64,000 nucleotides of DNA from positions 56,114-120,113 of the forward strand of contig CBDCOD010000023.1 in NCBI GenBank assembly GCA_965219665.1. The letters are read 5' to 3'. The translations under genes were made by a program, and so were the position numbers. This DNA comes from Gammaproteobacteria bacterium (lineage in GTDB: Bacteria > Pseudomonadota > Gammaproteobacteria > CAKMZV01). The stretch's first letter is position 1, and each line of letters starts with the position of its first letter. Of the stretch, positions 21,029-30,800 are shown piece after piece. The notes beneath the pieces were generated by a model. It worked only from the letters and a program-made list of their open reading frames with translations, was not told the origin of the DNA and searched no databases.

Positions 21029-21835
21029 CTACCCTTTTGCTTGAAGATTGATTTGTAAAAAAGCGTTTTTTTTGCCTAAATAATCAATAAATAGGGGAGG
21101 ATCAGGAACGAAATATTGCTGCGTAAGCGCAATATGCAATCGATTCCAATCACCAGCTTGCTGACTAAGCGTTTTATCTGCACTAGCCCACTGCAGCTGT
21201 AGCTCCATTTGTTTACCCTTCCATATAAAAGCATGTACTGAAATAGATGGAAATTCATCCAAAATACGCGCTAATTGTCGTATGTGTTTTGTATAGTCCT
21301 TGGGAGTGTAAACGGAAGGAGTTGCAGTTAGAAGTGGGGCAATATGGGCTGAGGATAGAGGCTCTTGCAGAGGTTGAGTATTGATGTAAGTATGCCACTG
21401 ATTTGCACAAAGCCCACTTAGAAAACATAGTAAACCCATCAAGATATAGCAAGCATATCTCATAGTCACGGAAATATTGCTTGTGTCAAAAAGAAATTTT
21501 TTTGAAGGCATAGTGTGCTGCTGTACCAGGTGTTGGTGCTTCTGATTTCGCTGAACCGGTTTAATCGCTAACAACCCCTGTTCATCGGACTCTACTAAGT
21601 ACAAACAATACGGGCTGAAAACACAAGCACTTGAACCATGGATTTGTATACCCATAGCCCAACTAGATACTCTAAGATGCTTAGCTTGTTGCAATTTGCT
21701 TGCCAAGCAGCCTGCAAAAGACCAGCCATGCAGTCTGTGCCAACTGTGTTGAAGATTATCTAAAATGAGAATACCGCTTGGCGGCAGCACACTGTTCGCC
21801 TTGATTTGATGACAAAAATATGTTTTGATGCTCAT
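21029..21835 (-). CDS. Bitopic protein with cytoplasmic N-domain, possible reduced GspL / PilM-N-like component
   Basis: Cytoplasmic domain of about 120 aa, a central TM (MRYACYILMGLLCFLSGLCA) and a periplasmic domain of about 130 aa. The gene overlaps the gspF-like gene, and the ORF start is uncertain. Confidence 0.3.
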   Translation of the reverse strand: MSIKTYFCHQIKANSVLPPSGILILDNLQHSWHRLHGWSFAGCLASKLQQAKHLRVSSWAMGIQIHGSSACVFSPYCLYLVESDEQGLLAIKPVQRNQKHQHLVQQHTMPSKKFLFDTSNISVTMRYACYILMGLLCFLSGLCANQWHTYINTQPLQEPLSSAHIAPLLTATPSVYTPKDYTKHIRQLARILDEFPSISVHAFIWKGKQMELQLQWASADKTLSQQAGDWNRLHIALTQQYFVPDPPLFIDYLGKKNAFLQINLQAKG

Positions 21836-22851
21836 AGCTGATACAAGGGCAGAAGAAAGGTAATAATAAATAGCAATACAAACATGGCAGATATCATGGT
21901 TAATACTGGCTCAACTAAGGGCTCTAACTGCTCTAAGTTGGTATGAACTCGTTGTTCAAAAAGTTGAGCCAATTTTTCCCAAAATAGCGACTGTTTTTGG
22001 GCGGAGTAAAAGGCAGCTGTATAGCGTGTTATTTCCTTGGGCACATCAGAATTCCCTAATATAGCAATAAAATCCTCTCCATTTAGCATACGCTGGCGAA
22101 CTTCTAACCATAATTTACGCTTCTTGGTAGACTTGATAGTGTGGCAAGCAAAATATAGCTGTTTATCCAATTGCATGCTCGTATGTTGCAGTAAACTCAT
22201 GTATCTAAAAAAACGAGCCATTTCAATATTGCTTATCAGGCCCTTGGGGTTAGTGTAAGATACTAGCCATTTAGCACTGTTTATTAGCTTGTGTCGCATA
22301 TGAAAGGTAAGAGCTATAAGTAAAAGGAGAGCAAACACTGCATATTGCAGATTGCTGCTTACCCAGTATGCCATTTGTAAAGCAAAACCAGGTTCTGGTA
22401 TAGCGACTTGTAGGGTAGGTGCTAGCAATAATATTGCAGCCATTAAAGCACAGCTAATTAAACAGAGAACTATTATGGGGTAACGTGCTATCTGCTTAAT
22501 CCGGTTTGTCCACCGTTGCTGCCATTTTAGCCATTTTGCCCATTGCTCAAAATGCGCTGCTAAGGTACCATCTAATTCGCCACTTCTACATAGTTGAATC
22601 AATCCAGGGTCATTGAACCATTGGGTTAGACTTAATGCCTGAGAGAAATCCTGACCGCTAAATAAGCGCTGCTCTATGTTCTGCAATTCTTTCTTCCAAG
22701 CATTATTTTGTATATTGGCGCACACCATAGTCACAGAAGTCATTGGAGTGAGCCCTTGTTTAAGCAGTAAGGCTGTTTCTTCACAAAAAAACAATTGAAA
22801 TTTTGCTTTGTTATGCGGATTTGGTGCGTGCTGAGTGAGTGCTTTAAGCAT
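21832..22851 (-). CDS. GspF/PilC-family inner-membrane platform protein (shortened)
   Basis: T2SSF-like cytoplasmic repeats, three TM segments and the hallmark C-terminal ...LLPLYQL ending. 339 aa against roughly 400 for typical GspF. Confidence 0.7.
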   Translation of the reverse strand: MLKALTQHAPNPHNKAKFQLFFCEETALLLKQGLTPMTSVTMVCANIQNNAWKKELQNIEQRLFSGQDFSQALSLTQWFNDPGLIQLCRSGELDGTLAAHFEQWAKWLKWQQRWTNRIKQIARYPIIVLCLISCALMAAILLLAPTLQVAIPEPGFALQMAYWVSSNLQYAVFALLLLIALTFHMRHKLINSAKWLVSYTNPKGLISNIEMARFFRYMSLLQHTSMQLDKQLYFACHTIKSTKKRKLWLEVRQRMLNGEDFIAILGNSDVPKEITRYTAAFYSAQKQSLFWEKLAQLFEQRVHTNLEQLEPLVEPVLTMISAMFVLLFIITFLLPLYQL

Positions 22852-24403
22852 TTATATCCCCCCCGAATACCCTATCTACCTCAGTTTGAGTGGTGCACTC
22901 TGATAGCACTAAATCTTGTGCAGAATCATGGAGACGCTTGCTCCATGTCAGATCACTCAATTGTGTAGAATGGTGGATATTGTGTGCCATCTCTAACACC
23001 AATACCCTACCATCGTAACCACTTTCAGCGCATTGAGAGCAACCTTTTGATTTACAAACAGTACATGCTTTGCGCAGCAAGCGTTGTGCAATGCACGCAA
23101 GAGATTGTTCAATAAGCACCTTACTATCTACCCCTAAACTTTGCATGCGGTGATAAATGCCTTCAACATCTCCTGCATGCACTGTTGCCAACACTAAATG
23201 GCCTGTCATGCTAGACTTTAAAGCCAATTCAGCTGTTTTAGCATCCCGAATTTCACCTAGCAAAATGACGTCAGGATCTTGTCTTAAAACTGCTTTAAGG
23301 ACATTGTAAAAATCCATACCATATTCAGAGCGCACGTTTATTTGCCTAATGCCTGTCTGACGGTACTCAACTGGATCTTCTAAAGTAATGATATTAAGCT
23401 GTTCATAGTCTAACAAATTAAGTAGGGTATATAAGGTCGTGCTTTTACCGCTACCGGTAGGTCCTGCAATTAAAACGAGCCCAGAGGGTTGTCGCATTAC
23501 GTTAGTAAGTGCTTGTTGTGTGATTGGCGGTAACTGCATATCTTGCAAGTCCAATTTATGGGAATTTGATAGAAAGCGAAGTACAAGATGTTCTCCCGCA
23601 ATGCCTGGCAACAGTGAGAGTCGCACATCAGTATCTGTATCCCCATACTGGAATGAGAAGCGTCCTTCTTGAATGGTATGAATTGATGTACTATCTACAT
23701 TTGCCATGATTTTATAGCGGATACAGAGTGCCTTCCATAAATGGAGATGCATATAGTGCATAGAGCGCAAAACTCCATCAATTCGATAACGAATCAGGCA
23801 GGCATGTTGTTGTGGATCACAGTGTATGTCAGAGGTCTTAAGCATTATTGCCTCATGCAGTAATGCGTAAGCAAGGCGCACAACTAAGTGCTGTTCCTCC
23901 TGTATCACGTTGCGAAGTTGATGCGGATCAGAGCTAATCGTACATAATATAGTGCTTACTTGGTTGTCATTTTGCAGTTGTTTTAGATAGTTTTGAAACT
24001 GCGAGTAGTACACCCAGCTCGTTTTTATGGGATGGGCAAAGTTGATTTTTTCCAATAAGATGTGTAGTGCCTGATCGGCATAAGGTGCCGCCATCGCAAC
24101 AATTAAATGTCCTTCAGGATCAACATATAGTGGTAGTATCAAGTTATTTTTAATCCAGGCTATACCCAGGATATCAGCCCAATCGGGTTGTATGGCAATT
24201 GCATCCTCTGCTTCTAAATACTCCATAGCATAATTCCTGCTAATATAAGCACTCCATTTAGAATGCTCCAGCCAGTTCGCCTTTAGTATAAATTTGACAG
24301 GGTCGTCCTCGGTTAAATTTGCTTGATAAAGTGCAATTTCATATTGAGTTGCTGTTATAACACCCTGATCCAGCAAAGAGGATAATAAGCTATAGTTAGG
24401 CAT
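22844..24403 (-). CDS. GspE/PilB-family secretion ATPase
   Basis: Walker A GPTGSGKSTT, Walker B DPDVILLGEIRD, His box ATVHAGD and a tetracysteine zinc motif CTVCKSKGCSQC. An N1E-like N-terminal domain is present. Confidence 0.9.
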   Translation of the reverse strand: MPNYSLLSSLLDQGVITATQYEIALYQANLTEDDPVKFILKANWLEHSKWSAYISRNYAMEYLEAEDAIAIQPDWADILGIAWIKNNLILPLYVDPEGHLIVAMAAPYADQALHILLEKINFAHPIKTSWVYYSQFQNYLKQLQNDNQVSTILCTISSDPHQLRNVIQEEQHLVVRLAYALLHEAIMLKTSDIHCDPQQHACLIRYRIDGVLRSMHYMHLHLWKALCIRYKIMANVDSTSIHTIQEGRFSFQYGDTDTDVRLSLLPGIAGEHLVLRFLSNSHKLDLQDMQLPPITQQALTNVMRQPSGLVLIAGPTGSGKSTTLYTLLNLLDYEQLNIITLEDPVEYRQTGIRQINVRSEYGMDFYNVLKAVLRQDPDVILLGEIRDAKTAELALKSSMTGHLVLATVHAGDVEGIYHRMQSLGVDSKVLIEQSLACIAQRLLRKACTVCKSKGCSQCAESGYDGRVLVLEMAHNIHHSTQLSDLTWSKRLHDSAQDLVLSECTTQTEVDRVFGGDINA

Positions 24404-24561
24404 ACATTCTTATCCATTCATACGAAAACCATCCTATAAAAAGCAGAGTAATACTGCTAATAGTAAGCATGGCAATTTCTATCATCATGCGTTGACGATA
24501 CTTGGGAGATGTTGGAAAGAGTTTAGGGTTGGTAGAAGGAAGCCAAGACAGTTTCATTTTC

Positions 24562-26013
24562 TTATATTTCTAAAACGGTTGGACGAATGAAAATAACCAA
24601 CTCGGTGTTACGTTTGCCATTTTGCTTATTTCCTAAGGATTGCAAATAAGGTAAATAGGATTTTTGATCTTGTGTGCTCTGCTGTATAAGTCCTGCAATA
24701 ATGGCTATTTCACCCGACTTTACTCTTAAAACAGATTCTAATTCTCTCTCCTGTATTATCGGTATTTCTGAAACAACACCACGATCTGCAAGCAGCGGGT
24801 GAGGGTCTCTTACCACACCAGACATCCGAGATAGTATAGGGCGAATATTTAATGTAACCATACCACTGTGTTCGATAAAAGGGGTAAGTGATAAAATCAA
24901 ACCGACTGGTATAGTATTGGCTTTTGTATTGAAGTTAGTAACAGATGTATTTTGATTTAAAGAAGTTATTGAGTCGATAGTGAAATACACCAAGTTATCA
25001 ACCACTTTAAGTACTGCTGTTTGATTATTGATAACTTGCAATTGAGGTGAAGAAAGCACTTTGCTGCTACCGAATTGGTTAAACCAGCTAATCTGCGTGC
25101 TTAAATCAGCATTGGGTGCATTGATGAAGGTGTTTAATTGACCAGAAATTGATGGTATAACAGGCGTGTTCTGAGATAACGTATTATTCCCTAATACTGC
25201 ATTCCACTGTATTCCTTGTTGATTATCCTCACTAAGTTCAATTTCAATAATTGCAACATCTAAAATAACTTGACGCTTTTGTGTAGCAACGATCTGGCTA
25301 ATATACTGATCAAGTTGGATATGCATGTATTGAGAAGCCAATGCTGTAATCAGTCCTGCTTCAGGATTGACAATCACAGACTCCTTGTTCCCTACTAAAC
25401 GCTCAGTATTGCGTTGTATATCTTCCCAAAATTGATGCTTGAATTGATTATGAATTTCTGTTCCTGCTTTTTTTGTATTCAAAGCTGAGTTAATGTTTTG
25501 GTTAAAGGACAGTGCAGAGGCACTTTGCCTCTGCATATTAAGGATAGGAATGCTATGGCTTTTCCAGTAAGGTGCATTGCTTAAAAACACCACACTATCG
25601 TTGTTAAATTCTGCACGCATATCTATTTGTGCTGCTACCTGATTGAATAATGTACTGAGCGCTACTTTTTTGCCTTGATAGTTAATGGCTTTATCACTCT
25701 GTATAGCTATAGAATAGTTAAAAGACAACCTCTGACTTAAGCCAGTTAATAATGTAGTTAACGGCATATTTTTAATATCTAAATCAACCGTTTCTTGCCA
25801 AATATCATACTGAATCATTGCGCTTTTTTCTGTGTGCGCTTGTGGCTTAGATTGCGCAATAAAGTTATATATGTGAGGCGAGGGTGAAAATACGGGATGA
25901 CGTGTTGCCGTAGTGCCTTCTTCACTACTTTTCTCTTTTTGAGAAGTGCTACATGCTGATAATGCTAAAAACATAACAGCAACCCCTTTTTTTATCCGGA
26001 TACACGTTGCCAT
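24562..26013 (-). CDS. Secretin (GspD/PilQ family), probable lipoprotein
   Basis: C-terminal secretin domain ending ...VPYLQSLGNKQNGKRNTELVIFIRPTVLEI. The ORF-track start is 26055; the start at 26013 (MATCIRIKKGVAVMFLALSAC) gives a signal peptide plus an LSAC lipobox. Confidence 0.8.
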   Translation of the reverse strand: MATCIRIKKGVAVMFLALSACSTSQKEKSSEEGTTATRHPVFSPSPHIYNFIAQSKPQAHTEKSAMIQYDIWQETVDLDIKNMPLTTLLTGLSQRLSFNYSIAIQSDKAINYQGKKVALSTLFNQVAAQIDMRAEFNNDSVVFLSNAPYWKSHSIPILNMQRQSASALSFNQNINSALNTKKAGTEIHNQFKHQFWEDIQRNTERLVGNKESVIVNPEAGLITALASQYMHIQLDQYISQIVATQKRQVILDVAIIEIELSEDNQQGIQWNAVLGNNTLSQNTPVIPSISGQLNTFINAPNADLSTQISWFNQFGSSKVLSSPQLQVINNQTAVLKVVDNLVYFTIDSITSLNQNTSVTNFNTKANTIPVGLILSLTPFIEHSGMVTLNIRPILSRMSGVVRDPHPLLADRGVVSEIPIIQERELESVLRVKSGEIAIIAGLIQQSTQDQKSYLPYLQSLGNKQNGKRNTELVIFIRPTVLEI

Positions 26014-27155
26014 TGATTGCCCCCAATAGATTCGACCACTCCCGTTAATTCCCACTCTAATAATTTGCTTTGAGTGCTCGGAAAGTCATAATTGTTTAAC
26101 TCTAATAATTGCTCGAATGACCATACATCAAAGCCCATTAGTGACAAGAGTGCATCGCTTGTTTCATCAAATTGCGTTGCAGACGCTTGCTGCGTGGCAT
26201 GTTCAAGATCTATAACACGTAGAATATCATTCGCGCAAGTAAGCAGATGTGCTCCTTGTTGGATAATTTTATGACAGCCTGCGCTTACTGGAGAAAGGGT
26301 ACTGCCAGGTAGTGCAAATACTTCTCTCCCTTGCTCTAAGGCTTGTGTTGCTGTGATGAGTGTGCCACTTTTCACTGCTGCTTCAATCACGACTGTTGCC
26401 AGTGAAATGCCACTAATAATGCGATTGCGCGGTGGAAAATTGGCAGAATTCGGGGGAGTAGATAGAGGCACCTCACTAACCAGCGCACCGCCATTTTCTA
26501 ATATAGAGTCAGCTAGTTTGATATGCTGTTTGGGGTAGAGAATGTTGACGCCTGTCCCAAGAATAGCTATTGATGGGGCAGATGTACTCAAGGTGGCTTG
26601 ATGCGCGATGCCATCAATGCCCAGCGCCAATCCACTACAAATCACCCATCCTTTGTTGGCTAATTCCGTAGCTATTTCATGTGCAGAACGCGTTCCCTGT
26701 GCTGTTGGTTTTCGAGTACCTACTATTGAAACCGCATTTTGCTGCAGGCACTCTAATGAACCTCTAACATACAAAACTGGAGGTGGGTCATAGATAGTTT
26801 TAAGCAAAGAGGGGTAATTACTATTATTAAATTCAAGCAAGTGAATTTTTTCTTGTTTGCATTTTTCCAGAGTTAGCTCTATTTTGGAGGCTGCTTGCAG
26901 CCATTTACTGAATAGTCGAGAGTTGTGCTTTTCTAGCCAGAGTGCAAACACATCATGACAGAAAGTGGGTTTTTTCTGCAAATACTGACCAAAGGAGCGG
27001 CTTCCTAATCCTTGGGTTAGCGACCACTGCAAACAAAAATAATCATTCCTATGATTACGCGCAGTAGTGCTTTCAATTTGCTCGTGTTTCATACCGCGCA
27101 CTATAAAAACAATGCATGGACAATCTTGTGGGTCAGTGCTATATAAAATAGACAA
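25992..27155 (-). CDS. dprA: DNA processing protein DprA (Smf)
   Basis: Rossmann-like DprA core: VSIVGTRKPT, LALGIDGIAHQATL, ILGTGVNILYP, FPPRNRIISGIS, KSGTLITATQALEQGREVFALPG. Confidence 0.9.
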   Translation of the reverse strand: MSILYSTDPQDCPCIVFIVRGMKHEQIESTTARNHRNDYFCLQWSLTQGLGSRSFGQYLQKKPTFCHDVFALWLEKHNSRLFSKWLQAASKIELTLEKCKQEKIHLLEFNNSNYPSLLKTIYDPPPVLYVRGSLECLQQNAVSIVGTRKPTAQGTRSAHEIATELANKGWVICSGLALGIDGIAHQATLSTSAPSIAILGTGVNILYPKQHIKLADSILENGGALVSEVPLSTPPNSANFPPRNRIISGISLATVVIEAAVKSGTLITATQALEQGREVFALPGSTLSPVSAGCHKIIQQGAHLLTCANDILRVIDLEHATQQASATQFDETSDALLSLMGFDVWSFEQLLELNNYDFPSTQSKLLEWELTGVVESIGGNQWQRVSG

Positions 27156-27347
27156 TTTGGAATAGTATGGTAGTTTTAGAGTATGCTATAGGCCTGACCA
27201 TAGCCTAAAAGCGACTTTCCCTAGCAAAGACTATGCGATAATATAGGGCAGGGCGTATTAATGTGCTTTCTCTACATCATATTCTGGAAATAAATATTAA
27301 ACGTCACAGATAAGACCTTTCGCCTGTGCCTTAGGAGCCAGTCATTC

Positions 27348-27821
27348 ATGAATAAAAAAAATCTCAGTGATTCTGCTGCATCGTTTGCAACGGGTATTTG
27401 TATATTAAGCAGCCAGCAAGCAGGTTATGAGACACCTTTTGGTATGACTATTAATACTTTTGTGTCACTGTCTTTTGTTCCCCCGCTTATTGGATTCGCA
27501 TTGGTAAATAATTGCAAAATGCGCCAAGAATTACAGGTAAACAGCGTTATCGGTCTTTCCATTTTGGCCGAAAATCAAGAGCGGCTAAGCCATTGGTTTG
27601 CAAACCTAACACAAGAGCAACCGCCATTGCAGTGGAATTATGAATTATCTGTGCCCCTAATAGAGGAAAGTGCGGCTTGGTACGCAGCGACTATCTATCA
27701 GATGTATCCAGCAGGTGACCATCAGTTTTATGTGGCAAAAGTAAGTGCAACTCGTGCTTTCTCCCGCGCACCGCTGCTATACTTCAATCGCAAATATCGT
27801 CAGCTTAAACCCAGTAATTAA
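27348..27821 (+). CDS. Flavin reductase-like (HpaC/RutF family) protein
   Basis: FMN-binding split-barrel motifs FGMTINTFVSLSFVPPLIGF and AGDHQFYVAKV. Confidence 0.65.
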   Translation: MNKKNLSDSAASFATGICILSSQQAGYETPFGMTINTFVSLSFVPPLIGFALVNNCKMRQELQVNSVIGLSILAENQERLSHWFANLTQEQPPLQWNYELSVPLIEESAAWYAATIYQMYPAGDHQFYVAKVSATRAFSRAPLLYFNRKYRQLKPSN

Positions 27822-27829
27822 ACTGCCTC

Positions 27830-30800
27830 ATGCAGAGAGTTGGCAACGTCACCACAGGCAGTTTTGCATATTATCTTGCGCAAAATATTGATGCCACAGC
27901 CCAAAGCCTTATTATTGAAAAGGACATCTACCAAGCACAACGTACTGCTGCTTTATTACGTATGTTTCAGCCAAAATGGCATGTGGAATTATTTCCTGAT
28001 TATGAAACGCTACCGTTTGACAGCGTATCCCCACCAATAGAATGCATATCACAGCGTTTTAGAGTGCTACGCGCTTTGGCTGAAGGTGAAAACATCATTG
28101 TAGTGGCATCCTGCTCAACGGCAATGCACTATCTACCGCCTAAGCCATGGCTTGTAGATGCTCATTTTTCTTATAAAACAGGCGATACTTTAGATACACA
28201 ACAGTTCTCTAATCAGTTGGTCAATGCTGGCTACAGTTTAGTATCGACTGTGCTTGATGCAGGGCAATTTGCAGTACGAGGCGCTATCTTTGATTTATTC
28301 CCCGTTGGCAGTCCGCATCCTTTTAGATTAGAGTTGTTCGATAATATCTGCGAAAGCATCCGCATATTTGATGTGGAAAGTCAACGAACTATCTCATTAT
28401 GCGACTCTATCAGTATGCTCCCTACACAAGCCATTGAGCTATCAGAGAGCAATATTATGCATTTTCGCAGCATGTTTTACCAAAAATTCCCCAATTCAAT
28501 CCGCCATGATAGTTATCGATCTATCAGTGATGGTAAGGTATTTGCTGGCATTGAGTACTTTATCCCATGGTTGCACCAACAGCCTTTGGATACTTTATGG
28601 GATTATATGCAGGAAAGTTGTCAATGTTTCTATGCCCCGAGCGTTAAAAAAAGCGCACAGCAGTTTGAAAAAAATTATAGGCAGCGTTATAGTAGCATGA
28701 TAGATTTTGAACAAATTGCTCTAGACCCTTCATTACTTTTTTTAACCTACAAAGAGCTCTTAGATGCTCCCAAAATGCATGCACAATGGCTGTATGTAGA
28801 TAAGCAGCCAGATAGTCATAATGCGTCATTGCAAAAAATCCCAGCTCTTGCATATGGTTTTAAGGGAATAAAGCACCTGCAAAAACAACATGCGCAAAAC
28901 ATAATATGCGCGGTTGAAAGCGCCAGATATGTTGAACAGTGTCGTAATGAGTTAGGGCAATTAGGGATCATATCACAAGTAGCGGATAGTTGGCAGCAAG
29001 CTAAAGAATTTAACCTAGCACAACAAGGCGTTGCACTGATTATTGCCCCTATAGAAAAAGGTTTCATAGATACCGAGAAGCAATTAGTTGTACTGTCGCA
29101 GTTAGAATTATTTGATCAGCCAGCCATTTTTGAGCAGAAAAGCACCACGCAGCAGTCTCAGGTTCAGCATAAAGATTTTCAAACAGCACTGCATAGTATC
29201 AGCCAATTAGAAATAGGATCCCCCGTTGTTCATATTGAGTATGGTGTAGGGCGATACGATGGGCTGCACACCGTTAATACCAGTGATGAACAACAACAGG
29301 ATTTTATTCGTGTGCTGTATGCTGAGCAAGAGAGTTTATATTTGCCGATTGCCGGCACTTCACTGCTTAGTCCTTATATAGGCAACCCTGATGAAGCACC
29401 ATTGCACAAATTAACGGCTAATAGGGCGTGGAAAAGAGAGCGTGAAAAAGCGGAAAAAAATGTAGAAGATATTGCTGCACATTTATTAGATGCGCATGCA
29501 CGTAGAACAATGCATAGTAGCAAATCAATAATGCCTGATGAGCGTTATCAAAAATTTTGCACATTATGTCCTTTTATTGAAACGGAAGGGCAACAAAAGG
29601 CTATTCAGGATGTCCTCACGGATATGAAAAGCAATATTCCTATGGATCGCTTAGTCTGTGGGGATGTGGGTTTTGGCAAAACTGAAGTAGCAATACGTGC
29701 TGCCTTTGTTGCTGCCAGTGCAGGTGTACAAGTGGCATTGCTGGTTCCTACAACATTGTTAGCAAACCAGCACTATGAGCAATTCCAAGATAGGATGACA
29801 GGATGGCCTATTCGCATAGGTTTACTATCACGCTTGCAAAATAGCAGCGAGAATGAATCAGTATTAGAGCGACTGCGAGCGGGTAAATTAGACATTGTTA
29901 TTGGTACGCATCGCCTATTACAAAAAGATGTTCAGTTTCCTCAGTTAGGCTTGTTGATTATTGATGAAGAGCACCGCTTTGGTGTTAAACAAAAAGAACA
30001 GTTCAAGCATATGCGTTCTCAAGTTAATATCTTGGCGATGACTGCAACCCCTATTCCCAGAACGCTCAATATCGCATTCTCTAAATTGAGAGAGATTTCA
30101 GTTATCGCAACACCACCACCTGGCAGAGTGTCAATAAAAACCTTTGTGCGTAACTGGGACAATGCACTCATTAAAACGGCTATAGAACGTGAATTGCAGC
30201 GGGGTGGTCAAGTTTTCTTTGTGCACAACAATATTAAGTCGCTACAAAGAATTAAGCATGACCTGCAAAAAATACTACCTGCAGCTCAAATTGGGATAGC
30301 ACATGGACAAATGGTAGAGCGTGAAATGGCACAAGTGATGGCTGATTTTCATCACCAACGTCAACATGTTTTGTTATGTACAACTATTATCGAAAACGGC
30401 ATTGATATGGCTAATGTTAATACGATTATTATTAACCGTGCTGATCAATTTGGCTTAGCGCAGCTACACCAATTACGAGGAAGAGTAGGGCGCTCTACGC
30501 ATCAAGCTTACGCTTATTTTATTACCCCTGATATTACACAAATAAAAACAGACGCAAAAAAAAGACTAAATGCTATTGCTAAGGCACATGACTTAGGTGC
30601 TGGCTTTCAATTAGCAATACAAGATTTAGAAATACGTGGTGCAGGTGAGCTGCTAGGGGATCAGCAGAAAGGACATATTCAGAAAATAGGCTTTAACTTA
30701 TATATGGAAATGTTAGCGCGAGCTGTTGATAATCTATCTGTAACATCTGAGGGGAATGCCCAAAAATCATCTACACAAGCTGTTGCTGATATAAAACTAC

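Noticed and set aside
27156-27347. Imperfect inverted repeat GCTATAGG/CCATAGC in the dprA / flavin-reductase divergent region
   Set aside because: The arms are short and mismatched. Not distinguishable from chance.
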